Below, one piece after another: positions 11,976 to 24,700 of a stretch of 64,000 nt of DNA; position 1 is the first letter of the stretch, and the number at the start of each line of letters is the position of its first letter. This stretch comes from Phoronis australis (lineage: Eukaryota > Animalia > Phoronida), in the NCBI GenBank assembly GCA_002633005.1, contig NMRA01000493.1, positions 235,647 through 299,646 on the forward strand, read 5' to 3'. The notes beneath the pieces are model-generated. The model did no database searches. It was not told the DNA's origin and was given only the letters and a program-made list of their open reading frames with translations. Both the position numbers and the translations under genes were made by a program.

Positions 11976-13970
11976 TTGAGTTTCGTGATCAAGCGCAACA
12001 ATATGATCAAAAAACATCAGAACACTGTTGGTCACACTTAACAAATCAAACGAGCAACATACATGTAAGTCAAAATAGTAGTAAAATGACTTTTACAAAT
12101 TTCACGTCGCCACCTAGTGGTAGAAAATAAAACTTCTTTTAATTACAAATGCCATAACGGCTTTGATGTTTATCCTAAAGACGTGATCGAGTACTAGAAA
12201 GGTCGTTATATTTTGCTGAAGAAAGGTATGTTCAATTAAGATTTGAGAGGCACAAGAGAAAAAAATACAAAAGTGGACTTCCAATTGTGGCCTACTCTTT
12301 GACCTCCAACGGCTCTGCTTTACACTGAATAAAAAGTCATTTGCAATCAGCAATAATACTTTTGAAACAATTTGGATGACTCCCATAAACATATAAGTAT
12401 TACCAGGAAGGCATTGTCACGTGGCAATGCCTTCCTGGTATCATGGAGCACAGAGTTGTGTTATTTCATACTTATTAAAACATGCAAAAGGCCAAACGTT
12501 GAACGCCTTGAATTTTTACTGAAGAACTGTATCAAACTGCATAAAAGGTTCAAGTAATATGTAAAGATTATTCTTTTGAATGACTAAATTCTTCAGATGT
12601 ACAGCAACTGTGAGGGATCCATATTCTAAAATCTTAGTCTTGATAGGGCGGAATGTTTTGAATTTCCCTGCTGATTTAATAAGTCATTTATATAACATCA
12701 CTGGTTCAATTAATTTAGAGTTAAAACACATTTTAAACTTGTGAATTATGCGAAATGACATCAATGTATGAGTTTTTCTTTGTTTCTGGTATAATTAACA
12801 CCATCAAGAATTGATGAAGTGCTTTCTAATGTTGTGGTTTTTATGCAATTGGGTTGAAAAAAGGCGGCGTTGCGCAAAATTTTAGTGACAGTAAATTCCA
12901 AAGCACCAGGAAAACATTGATAAGTCATTCCATCATAAGTTTTTATAATTTATGCTCATACAGGAGGTTATTATTTATTTCGAATGCCATCTGTCCAACT
13001 TTTGCCTATTTTGTTCATGCATCATTGTCGCGTGCCATCCCGCTCACCCACCTTGCCCCGTACCGTCCTTTCCGTCTCGCCTCGTACCGTCCCGTCCCGT
13101 CCCTGTCTCATCCGTACCTCATTCTATTGCCTTCCCCAAGTTGGTTGCCGCAGCGGCGGTTTGCGTTGAAGGGCAAATGAGTCCTACCTGAGGAGTTGCT
13201 TGGAAATTCGCTTAACCACACCAATGTGGCTTCGACAAACTCACCCATACATCACATTGGTCAACGGGCCGAAACCAGCAATTTTAGATTTAATGTTTTG
13301 TCATTTTAGAATCAAACAAATTCTCCAGTAGACATTACTGCCAGGAACATGTGATATGCGAAGTGAATTTAAAAACATACACGGCTAGGCTGAAATTTAA
13401 TTTGTAGTCGTCATATTGTAAATAATAAATTCAAAAATTTAACGTATGAAAAAATGATAATTTTAGAAAAATCCTCTTGCAGCAAAACAATTGGACCTTG
13501 ATCCGTCTTGTCTTGCAGTCCTCTCGTAGCACGTAGGGGTAATGGAATGCACCCGTGATTTGATAGCTTTCATGTGCGTACTCAGCATCGTTGCACCTCT
13601 TATGGTACGTACTCGGCGAATTTTCGCATATCCGCAAGTTAGTGTGTTCTGATGAAAAGTGTTTCCCTCTCTCCTTGCTCTGTCTGTGTGTCCGCCCGTC
13701 TGTTCGTTCTTCTGACCGTTCGTCCCTCCCACCCACCATCCCATCCACCCACCGGGGCAAATTGAAAACGATTTGGCTGTTTTTCAGTAGTCTGGTAATA
13801 ATTTTCAGAGCGCTTAGTAATTTTAAAACCTCAGTAAAGTTAAACGAATTATTGTTGTTTCTTCTGGATCAAAAACGCAAGAATGAGGTCATAAACCATG
13901 ACGTTTTAATGACATCAGCACAATCGGCCCTTTGCATATAGTAGTGAAGGCAACGAGCTGAAAATGAAAA

Positions 13971-14656
13971 ATGGAACATAATATTGGGTTCCGAAAGTTA
14001 GAAGTATTAATAATCATGGCAGCGATGTGTTTTGGAATAACTGAAGAGTTCTTGAGCGATGGCTCACAGAACTCGGACGAAACGGAAACAAACGAAGACA
14101 CAGCTGATGAGGAAGAAGTACAGTCGCGCTCTAAGCGCAATTCATCTTCCGAGTCAATGGGCTCACCTGAAGTTACGGTTGAACCAGCGACGTCCGAGGA
14201 AGACGTTTCGTGCAAAAAATGACCGGAACACAAGACTTCGTCATCTGATTCGGTTGAATTCCAAAGTTTCAGTAGTGCCGGAATTCGTCAGCTCGATTAA
14301 AACCGACGACGATGAGGCAGACGACATAAACGGAACAGAGTCGTCAATCAACTGTTCCAACAGGAAGTGACGTTAGAAGCTCTGAAGAGGACAGTCTCCC
14401 AACAACACGACCTGAACTTGAGTATGAGAGATTCCTTGCATTTAATGAGATGATGCATGAAAGATTAAAACACATTGATGAATGGCCGACGCCCAGACCA
14501 AGTCTATGGAAAAGGTTCAAAAATAAATTTTATACATGTTTCCCGCGACTCATGCCAAAACCTAAGGACAGAAGATACATTATTCATTTGCCCAAGCCAT
14601 GGCTCAAGCCCAGGACTTATGATTGGTATCTTCCGGATCAATTTCAAGGTACCTGA
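13971..14656 (+). pseudogene. Possible frameshifted gene or pseudogene of unknown family (acidic low-complexity N-terminal part, basic C-terminal part)
   Basis: Three successive + frames give coding-like text: ...NSDETETNEDTADEEEVQ..., ...KTDDDEADD... and ...SSEEDSLPTTRPELEYERFLAFNEMMHERLKHIDEWPTPRPSLWKRFKNKFYTCFP.... The 3' end runs into a foldback element at 14647. Confidence 0.35.
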
Positions 14657-14910
14657 ACTACACGGTTAACGGACTCATAAACACGGCCCACGGACTCATG
14701 AACACGACTCACGGACCTGCAAACACCGTCCAATGACTCACAAACACGGGAACGGACTCATAAAACACGATCCACGCACCCAAATACACGGGACACGGAC
14801 TCATATTCCCGAGGAAACACAGTTAACGGACCCCCAAACACGGTTTACGCGGGACAAAATGGAGATGTTAGCTGACCCAGGAAGCCGATGAGTCCGTGAC
14901 CCGTGTTTGA
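14647..14910. mobile_element. Partial copy of the 3027-3452 foldback element
   Basis: It has the AAGGTACCTGAACTACACGG terminus, the same modular arm and the central spacer in the opposite orientation. The second arm is missing. Confidence 0.8.
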
Positions 14911-15055
14911 CAATTCAATGTAAATGGTGTGGTCTTCGTTACGGACCTCATATCTTGCCGATGTCAGCAGAATAACTAGTTAATATGTATCTATATAGCC
15001 AAACAGCTATATAGTTGGATCCGGGACATGTAAACTCATATGATGTCTCTAGAAA

Positions 15056-15258
15056 CATGCGCGCACCCAGGGGGGGGGGGCTCGTCCGCCTAGTCTGAGA
15101 TACAAAAAGTCCGAGAAAATGAGACAAAAACAAGCGCAAACGCGCAATTCACAGGGGTGCTCCCTTTTCTGTTTTTAGTCGGCCCGCTGTTTTGTTACCA
15201 AAAGGCCCACAACCTCAGGAATTCGAGCCCCCCATGTTGAAGGCTGGATGCACGCATG
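15056..15258. mobile_element. hAT-type MITE (family 3)
   Basis: TIRs CATGCGCGCACCCAG / CTGGATGCACGCATG with flanks AGAAA/CGAAA. A related fragment lies at 2155-2235. Confidence 0.7.
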
Positions 15259-17379
15259 CGAAAGATGCGCGTTCAGTCCGTTACTGAAAAGTTTTTTTCC
15301 GGTCAACTCGACATGAAACATATCACTGCAAAATGCACGGTCCGAATGTTTCTGTCACTCTTCTGTTTGATCAACCCTCACCTTGTCCCGCGAAACCAAA
15401 AATTTAAAGCAACACAATCAAACAAGTAACAATGCTGTACAAAAGAATGCTGCTACGAAAAATCCTCTTCAAAAGGGTTGTGTTGTCATAGAAGATCCTT
15501 TTCAGTCGCGCTTACTCTCTCAATGGATTGTAACCTCGTCAACTCTCTAAAAGGGTGAATATCTCCTTGTAGCACACTCCGTCAAAGGTACAATTGAGTA
15601 CACTCCCCAAAAGGAAAGTTCCGATAAATGGCTACTCCTGCCACATATCTTGATGAAAAAAACGAACTGATACCCACGGTGGTCCATGATTCAAGTCTTT
15701 GAGCCCATTCATAAATTGCTAAACCATTCACACCATCTAAGCGTCAATCAAGAGAGAGTATTGTAGACGTATTTTTTCGGAAAAAGCTACATGTAGATCT
15801 CGCAGGACTTCGCAAAACCATGGTAGTGAGGCCATAGCGGCACAGGAGCCTCGTAACGAGCGTCGGAATCATGAAATGGGAGAAGACCGAGGTAGTATAA
15901 TTGATGTCGACAGCAGTACGCTCACATTTCATTCGCTCATCTACTAAAAGAAATCGTCCTACGGTTATACCAACTTTTTACATTTTGGGGGCCTGCTGAC
16001 ACCCCTCCTCTGCTGGCGCGCGGGAACTGCTGATCCCCCGTCACTCTTGTTAAGCCTCTTGCCTGATGGTTGGCTCTGTTCGCCCATCGTGTTCACACGT
16101 AATTAGCAACAACAACAGCATATTGCAAATTAATGCCATAAAAATTAGACATGAGACAGCAGATAAGACGCATTTGTGAATTAAAGGCTCGTTTTGAGCA
16201 GCTGACCTGCCTTCGGTCGAGACGCCTGATTTGCGTGCTTATCATAAGCCCACCCACCTAGCTCTGATTGCAATATTTCCACACATCGTTCTTCTGACTA
16301 ACCTCTTCCCTAGACCTCGGGCAACATTGCTCTACATAATTTGACAGTGCCCTCGGAATCGGTGTTTGAATATTAAACCAAAAATTAGTATACGATAGTA
16401 CTCTTCACTTTTTAACTAGCCGACAGATGGCGAATTCAGCAAATAATCAACAATAAAAATACGTGAAAGTTAATGACGTTTCAGTCGCATATTGTAAAGA
16501 CATAGTCTCCTGAGGTAGGCCATTAAAGAGATCATGGATCGAAAAAATATTAAGAATATTGTTCGAATGGACGTTGTGACTGCTTTGTTTAATGTGAGAA
16601 AGTTGAAGGAAAGATGAGAGTAAACATGTACATGAAATACTGTTATAAAACTGGTAACAGCATGTTCTTTATATATGATGGAAAATGTGAAATGAATTGG
16701 TGTCATTTGGGAATTCTATGGTACGTGAAACGAAATCTTGTAGGCTAGAATATTTCAGGTATTACTCTTTTTTCAAGTGTGTAACATTCTTTAATTGCTA
16801 AATTGAGTGTCGTAGAAGACACTGGCTTCTACGCTACATGTATTTTTTCACAATGGCTTCTCGAAGAAACCGATCGCAAAAATTATGTTATTTGCGTTTA
16901 ACAAACCAAATTAACGACTGAGCAATAAATTTTTTTTTAAAGCAGCCAGATTTATTACAGTACACAGAGGGGCATGGATATCTCGATAAAAAGAAATAAG
17001 TCTGCATCTTTCATGCAGAAAGCTGCGTTTGCTTAACTTAAACTCCCTCTAATACCAGTCGGTATAAAGTATACCGAATCAATGCTTTTATCGAACGCCC
17101 AAGCCACTCTTCAGCTACAGTTTAGTCTCGCAGCTAACATGGCGGCGTATATACAGAACCTTCAAAATATTACCAAAACTCTGAAATTATGCTGTTCAGG
17201 ATAAAATTATACACTTATACAATTACATCAAGATAGAAGTGCAGCTATCGATCATTGGTTTGATGTTTTTAGCGGCAGGAAATTAATACAGACGAAATAT
17301 ATCCTTCGCAAAAATAAGTCTTCGCAAAAACAAAATCATCATATCCAGAAAGAAGGCGACTTACAGAATCGTATCTTCA

Positions 17380-18338
17380 CAGTGGCGGATCTAGGATATC
17401 ACAAGGGGGGGCCAACATTTTGTCCGGCTGTAAACATTTGCGCAAACTGAACCACGATTGTAGACGCGCATAGCACCGAATGGGGGGAGGTCGGAGGAAA
17501 TTTTTCTGTTTTTACCTCTAAAAATCAAGCATTTTCCTTGATTCCTGATGTATTATCCAAGAAAAACGTGTCAAACAGGAAAAACTGCAAGTACCAAAGA
17601 TTCGAACTCACGACCTTGCGCGTACTGCGCGCGTGCGTTACCACTACACCACCACGATTTAACTACTTACCACACACTAAGAGACCTACTTGTTTATGGT
17701 CCACAGCGTTTGCTTCTTTTTGTAATGCTTATTACACGTTTTGTGCCATCGATTCTTAACAAATTTGTCGTATAGTTTAAAATAGTCTTCAAATGCCCAA
17801 AAGATCAAATCCGTTTTTCGTGTTGGCAATAATGACGGTATTGCTTTGGAAATCGTCTTAAGTTAAGGTTTGACAAAGAGAGAATTATGAGTTTCTGAGT
17901 GATTCACTAAGGCTTCGATTAAAATTCACATCTTACCAGCAGCTTCTGTTTTTTCATCGTCACTCAGGCTCCATTTTCTTTAAAAAATGAAGTAAATTTT
18001 CTTCATTGCACAGTGGAGCAGACGACGGAAACTGAGTCGTAGTGCGCAGCGCCACTGCCGGTCGCCTGGGATATTGCGGGAGAGCCTATACTTAACCATA
18101 GTTCCGTTACGAATGCGCCGTGTTCCGAATTTGACACTTGAAATTGGATTTGAGCCCCCCCCTCCCCCAAAACACTAAAACTGCACACATTTAAATCTTT
18201 TTTCTTCCGTATAATTTTAATTACCGGGGTTAATTAATAAACTCAACATTTCCCTACGCTCTTACTGTTTTATTTTTTTGCGGCAGCCAAGGGGGGGGGG
18301 NGGCGGGCCCCCTGGCCCCCCCCCTAAATCCGACTATG
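17380..18338 (+). mobile_element. ~960-bp non-autonomous hAT element with 5-bp TSD (family 2, hAT5-like)
   Basis: CAGTGGCGGATCTAGG...CCTAAATCCGACTATG with CTTCA on both sides. Another full copy is at 49568-50545, a short variant at 35976-36274 (flanks TGACC/TGTCC) and a rearranged copy at 40789-41532. Confidence 0.85.
17597..17655 (-). other. tRNA-derived Pol III A-box/B-box cassette inside the family 2 hAT element (not an intact tRNA)
   Basis: The minus strand reads GGTGGTGTAGTGGTAAC-GCACGCGCGCAGTACGCGC-AAGGTC-GTGAGTTCGAATC, giving an A box, an anticodon-like stem and a B box. There is no acceptor stem. The equivalent copy is at 49788-49845. Confidence 0.65.
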
Positions 18339-18694
18339 CTTCAAACTTCCCCTAGGAGAAAGATCGCCAAGAAAAGGTTAAAAATAAATACAGCGCTGAT
18401 CATATGTGGTAGTCTCGTCAAGTCGTCCGTTTGTGAATTAAAAAAGGGTAGCGCTAGCTGGAATGGTGGGAATGAAATTCGGAAATGCGAAAGCGCTTAA
18501 CGCCGTGGGTTTCAACTCGTGATCAGATTATCGGGATGTCTCACATTTACGTCCCTGAAAAGTGTTAACCAACTATTCATCTATCAAAAGTCCTTTTTAG
18601 CCATTTTTATAAGTGCTCATCAGTGTTACGTAGAACGAAATTTAGGTAAATAAAGTTTAGGGCACACTGCTTACAGTCACGTTCTTAATGTTCA

Positions 18695-19185
18695 TGACTA
18701 TTGTTAAGTCCGTTGAATTAAATGTAACCAACCTTGCAAAGTAGAAGAGAACGCTTGTGTACACTTGTATTTATCTGATAACAATTCTTTACCCTGTATT
18801 TTGAACAACAATTTCTGGGAATAGCATTTCAAGCATTTTTTTCATGACGATTCTTGGAAAGAACGCAAACTGAAACGCGGCTATTGTAATGTCAGTTGAA
18901 CTAAATGCAGTCAACCTGTGTAGTACAAGAGAAGTCTGTGTACACATGTATTTATCTGATAACGATTCTTTACTCTGCATTGAGAACAACAACTCCGAGG
19001 CACAGTTTTCAAGCATTTTTTCATGACGACTCTTGGAAAGAGTGTAATCTGAAACGCGACTGTTGTGATGTCGGTTGAATTACATGTAACCAACCATGCA
19101 TGTATTTATCTGGTAACGATTATTTACTCTGCATTGAGAACAACAATGTCGAGGCATAGTTTTCCAAGCATTTTTTCATGAGGAT
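18695..19185. repeat. Degenerate tandem repeat, ~185-bp unit, ~3 copies
   Basis: Recurrent TGTATTTATCTG(A/G)TAAC.ATT.TTTAC.CTG.ATT..GAACAACAA...CAAGCATTTTTTTCATGA. Confidence 0.8.
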
Positions 19186-20949
19186 TCCTTCAGCACTCAG
19201 TAACAGTATCATAGAATATAGATTTGAAAACTGCACTCGTCAGATATTGTTACTCTACACGAGATGTTTGTGTGCAATTATAGATAACTTCTATTCGCCC
19301 TTATTATAGTTTTTGAAATCAGGCACATTTTCGTGTCTCTCATTAATGTCGGGAAGGCAAAGAATTTCAGATCACGCATCCTCGGGTATTTGTCCAGTTT
19401 ATAAAACTTTTTCACGCCGGTGTTTCAACCCACAACACAACACTTAATACTTTGATATCATAGAAAGGACGAATAGAGTAATGCAACCGAGAAAAAATTG
19501 TTAAGAATCAGACAACAAATAATATGTGAAACTCCAGTGGCTCGAAAACGAGGCAGCAAATGTGCCTGACGAATGTTTACGGCGTTGTGGGTAAATACAG
19601 CGAGACTCGAGTGTCGATGTGTAATCCGGGACGGCCCTATTGCCATGAAACGCCAGTACATAGAACTCTGTCAACCTCAAAAGATCGAAAAGTTAATAGC
19701 AACACAACGTTGTGAGTATCTGTACTAAATTAAAATTTTGAAATAAAGTCTGGATGGCATGAAAACATACCAAAACATACGGATTTGTAATCAATTGAAC
19801 GTTTTAAATTCAATCAAAAAATATATTCCGATATGGGCCGCCAGTATCAGAATAACGCTAGGCCTACGGGAACGACACAAATCAGAATATTTCGCTGGGC
19901 CGAAACAGTAACACGAAAAGTCGAAGTGCGCACTGCAGCCAGTTAGCTGTTTGAAGGCTATCGCCAAAACACAGCTTGGTAAGTGTAAATAAAGAGCGCC
20001 GTTAGACCGTAACTTATAGTAAGACCACGAAATTTCATACTGGCCGGATGAATTCTGTTGGTCACCTCGTCGTGAAACTAATATCGCGCGGCAGAGCCAA
20101 CGACCGACAGGGTGCATGCAAAATTTGCTTGTAACGAAATGAAACCAATTGCGACAATTTGTTGTGACATGTACGCAACCTCGTGGCAGCGAAGAACAGT
20201 TGGTAGAAGAATAAACGGGCGAAAAGAAACTGTTCAGGTCAGGGGACGTAAGTCGCCGAAAGCCGACTCACAAGAGCGCACTTCAATTTTAGCAGTAGAT
20301 GAGCGATAGAACACAATTTTTTTCCAACTCCGGTAAATAATTTGGTTTACTCAAAGAAGAATGGTGTAGCTTTTAATGACACTACTTTTGTGTCAGATTT
20401 TATTTAGTCATTTTTACCCACATCGGCGCAAAGTTGTAGATTCTGTATCTTATACAACTTTGCACCTAGTCTAGAACAGATCTTGCTTAATGGGAATTCT
20501 ATCGCCAGTCCTTCCTTGTGGCGGACACAAATTTATTCCACGCAAGCACACTACAAGATCGGTGGGGATGTGCAAATGTATGCCATTGCCGCTGACATTA
20601 CTACACCTCACGCAACGCGGCATTTTAGCCCAGAGATCGTCCAAGAAATGGCGCACTCAGGTGTTACGCAGTATGGCTTCCGAGTAATTTCGTGGACACG
20701 ATGAAGTCATTGAAACGCTTTACTCTGAGTGGTTGAGATTTTTTCTTGGGAGCTCGAAGGGGCTACGAATTCAGAGCGGCGTAATTTGCGTCGCAATGAA
20801 ATACTTTCGGTGTTATGTAAGAAGCAAAAACGTACATTTGTTTAAGAACAATACTTGCATTTCTGGTGTAAAAACGAAGCATTAGCCGCTGGAGGCTGTC
20901 TTTAATAACTACCAAATTTAGCAGCGAGGCCCGTAGGAACCAGGTGGTG

Positions 20950-21750
20950 GACGGTGCCAGCCCCTAACCTACTGATGACGTCAGCAGTCACATGATTTCC
21001 AATTCATCTTTCCGGTTTACGGACGACTTCCTGTTACACGCATGACCTTGACCTTGGATCGAGGTCCCTCTCTAACGGTTCCAATTAAACCTAATACGTA
21101 ATGAGGTGTGACGTCATTGTCACTTCCTTCCGACACGGAAGAAAACGAGGCCTACGACGCACGCCTGGTTTGTTGAAGTTGAAATTCGAAGGGGATTAAT
21201 ATAGGCCTACATCGCACTTTTAATTGCTCTAAAACGTATTACGTGTGAGCGAGGGCGACGGTAAATTTCATTTTTGCTGTAAAGGAGTACATGTACAACG
21301 GCAGAGAAATGAAATCGACAAGTCGAGGTATCTACAGACCACGTGAGTAGGTCGGGCCTAAACAAGGATTTCGGTTAGGCAGGGATAACATCATGTATAT
21401 ACCTATCTGCAACAGAAGTGTGCATTCACCTACTTTTATCACAAAACACAGGTGTTGGATGACGGCGTCACCACTGGACCTTTGAACATTTAATTCGGGA
21501 TATTTAATAATTTACTGCCTGTACGGATAATGGTGTCTGGACGTCTCAATGATTTTTGTAGTGTATTGGAATGTACTTTGTTATTAATACACGTTTAAAA
21601 ATATTAAATTTATTTTCTGTGGTCACAATATCTTATTATTAGTTTAGTACCGTCCGCCGTACCTGGGTTAGGTATACAAGACATCTGTAGTTGAGTTAGG
21701 TGGTTACAATCGATCCCTTATCAATTTCCACGAGTTATATGCGACATGAT
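20950..21750 (+). mobile_element. Non-autonomous Polinton-derived fragment: TGACGTCA-rich segment, pPolB 3' end and downstream terminal region
   Basis: 21295-21750 is a diverged reverse complement of ~9455-9890 (YTYLQQKCAFTYFYHKTQVLDDGVTTGPLNI*). 21040-21120 matches 39050-39120 and 39235-39315 in reverse orientation. Confidence 0.75.
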
Positions 21751-21752
21751 CC

Positions 21753-24700
21753 GTCACATTTCCATATGACGTTTTTCTGAAATACCTGGAATCTGATATT
21801 GTAGGGTTTTAAAGTTATGTCTATTGACATATGTCAGTTTTAACAACGATATTAAGATTTTGACCGGGCGCTCCTCGCTGATTAAATAGAAACAACTGCG
21901 TATGTTTTCACAACGTTTAGCCTGGAAATTATATTAAAACATCTTGTATGTTTTCTCATTATTGTTGAACCCGACTTCTAACGAGCAACAAGAAGGTAGG
22001 TTCAGAAGCTTTTTAAGTGTGTGTGTGGGAGGATGGGGCAACTTTGACAGTTTGTATTTTATCATTTATTTAGGGTAGGGGTATATATCAATGCTAGATG
22101 TCCAATGTCTTGCATGTCATTTTAGTAAGAATGTCATTTGAAATAATACGCTGTCCACAATTTTAGTTTAACATTGAACTCATTGAATGAGACGGTTTAT
22201 TCCTAATTTGGTAGTTACTTGGGGGCAAACTGACACACGTGTGACACCTATCTACGTATGGTAACTTGTTCTAGCGTAACTAGTTCCAGCGCAATTCTTA
22301 CTGAAGACGGACGAAAACCTACAGACAAGGCGGAATCAATTACCAGTGGTGGTGCGCTTGATTACTTAAACTGATAATTTTCTACCACATCCATTCCCAT
22401 GGTGGGATGTGTATTGCGTGCACTAAGGTAAATTACCAGCTAGTCTCCAGGCATAACTCGTACTGAAGACACGACTATAGCTGCCGTCCATGAATTACCA
22501 CAGTTTTTAAAGTATTTAAAAATACAATACTTTAACTCAAAACCTTGATTTTGCGTATTTCTCTGGCAACAGTGAAATTTTATTTAATTATTTTTCAGAT
22601 GAAAACATTCATAATTTTACTGTGCGTTGCCCTTTGCCTTTGCGTATGCGAGGCAAAGCCAGCTATTCCCGAAACATGTTCCTGTGACTGGATTCCTGCA
22701 GGAGCTGATAAAGGAGGCGTTTTCTGCAAGATTTATCTCGACAGGTGTCACATGCGCAAATGGCAGGAATCAAACAACCCCAACCATCCTCCACATGACT
22801 AGTAAGTGCTTTGAAACTCCTTCTAAAAATTGCCAGTGCACGAGCATCATAGTTAATAAGAGCGGACTGCCGTAAAAATGGCAACAGTTCCTGTCTATAT
22901 TGGATGGTTTCAAAAACATTCTGTCATTTCTTTGATATTTCTGCAGCAAAAGTTAACAAAAAAGACTGACATTGAATAGTTTTGTTCATTTTTGTCGAAA
23001 CGTCCGAAAAAGATTGGGTCGTACAATGTGCTCAACACCCGAGACTTGTTGGGAGACAAAAGAGACTTTTTGTACCAATCACTAAAACCAACAGTTCCCA
23101 GGTGCAAGCCTCCCGTATTCACCGCTTGGGGGAAAATTGAGTTACCAGCATGGCAAGTGTAAATGAAAACGTTCTTCTGAAACACGTTACTAGCCCGACC
23201 TCCCCTACAACAACGGCAGTGTACGGAAGGTGAGATGTGTGTTGGAAGGTAACGGTACTAGACAATGCGCAACTATTCATACGTTGCGCATTACCGGGAG
23301 CTGGCGATCGTAGCTGACAGGCCAGTTTGAATTGGTTAGTTACGGTACCTCTCAGGCTTATTTCACCTGAAACGGACTTAACACACTGACTACAGATAAC
23401 AGACCATCTGGCGCTTCGGAAAGAAAACACACGCCAGGTGGTCTGAAAGGACGCATAGTATTTGGCTACATTTGTTGCCAAGGAATCGAAAAAATCATGC
23501 TCCTGACGACCACGATTTTTAATTAGAAAAACACAGTAATATAATTACGAACACCTGAACCTGATCAATTTCATGCACATAACAAGATTCCGTCATTTTC
23601 AAAGCTTTTAAAAATTACTTGTATATAATGATTTAAAAGTACTATTTAACAAATTTTATCCTTAATAAGAAAGGTAGATAAGAAGTTCAATAAAACCAGG
23701 CTGTGCTTCATATTACGATGTTTCGATGTTCCTCAATATCATCATCAGGTATAGTACAGACTGTACACTGTCAGGCACCGACTTCTCATCAACCAACATC
23801 ATGCAGAGATCATCAACCAGAACATTTGGGGCATGAAAACTAGTTATGATAGAGGTTGGACGTTCAGTAGTGCTGGCATTACCCACTGTGATGGGAAGAA
23901 ATGCACTATGCATTTCTCGCCTTTGTACAAATATATTGCATCTTTGTACAACACTGTATTATACCCGATGACCATATTGAGAAATATCGAAATGTAAAGA
24001 AGTAAAACACCTGTTATGTATTTGTTACTTTCTATTGATCATCTGGACACTCATTGATTAGTTTAATATCAAAATGTATTGAAAATTTGTTATTTTAAAA
24101 TATATTTAAGTCTACCTATGTTTCTTTGAAATCCTCGAAAGATGTCCAAGTTTGGAACATCATATATCAAAACTTGTCGACTGGATTCAAATGATAATGA
24201 AGTTGATGCATTGTTTTCCAAAACGCTTTATTAACTGACCAGTGTCATTTTTAATAATTGTATACATTCACTAGACTTGACTGTGGTCTCTAAATGAGAC
24301 TTAATGTTTAGTCAGTACTGCCGAATTTGAAAGGGTCTGACCAATAGGCTACATTCAAGCTTGAGCAAAATTTGATCAAAATACCAACAGCCGTATCGAT
24401 GACAAGCTTAATCCAAAGAGACACCAAAACCATACCATTTAGTATTTGTCTACAGAGGGGCATACCCCTAAAGGTTGTCATGATTGATTGGGCTACTAAA
24501 ACGGCCTACATTTATATTTCAGGCACGAGATACACAAGGCTACAGAAGAGAACAAGGCACCTTTGTGCATGTATACCAGTGGACAAAAAACGACCAGCTT
24601 ACAAATTTAAGTTCGACAAATTACTCCTTTGAACTATACAAATTGAGTGAATATAAAATATTTGAAGCTGCAGAAATCCTCTGACGTCTACGAATTGCTC

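Noticed and set aside
12150-12870. Possible minus-strand L1/Tx1 relic (similar hints at 4470-4900 and 26800-27650)
   Set aside because: Only weak, fragmentary motif hints, too decayed to support boundaries or a family without a search.
19791-20880. Several 60-108 aa ORFs upstream of the Polinton fragment
   Set aside because: There is no recognisable Polinton or host protein motif, so they are left uncalled.
22280-22310. CTGAAGA-CGGAC-GAAA upstream of the peptide genes as a hammerhead core
   Set aside because: There is no pairable stem II and no stem III/NUH arrangement.
22545-22598. N-terminal extension MILRISLATVKFYLIIFQ in the ORF track (also 40081-40134)
   Set aside because: It comes from a TTG start. 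The sequence is an AT/pyrimidine-rich tract ending in CAG, and the signal peptide starts at the ATG at 22599/40135.
22677-22750. Resemblance of CSC....DK...FC...LD to endothelin/sarafotoxin
   Set aside because: The Cys spacing differs (x1-x13-x6 versus x1-x7-x3) and the C-terminal HLDIIW is absent. This is too weak to claim homology.
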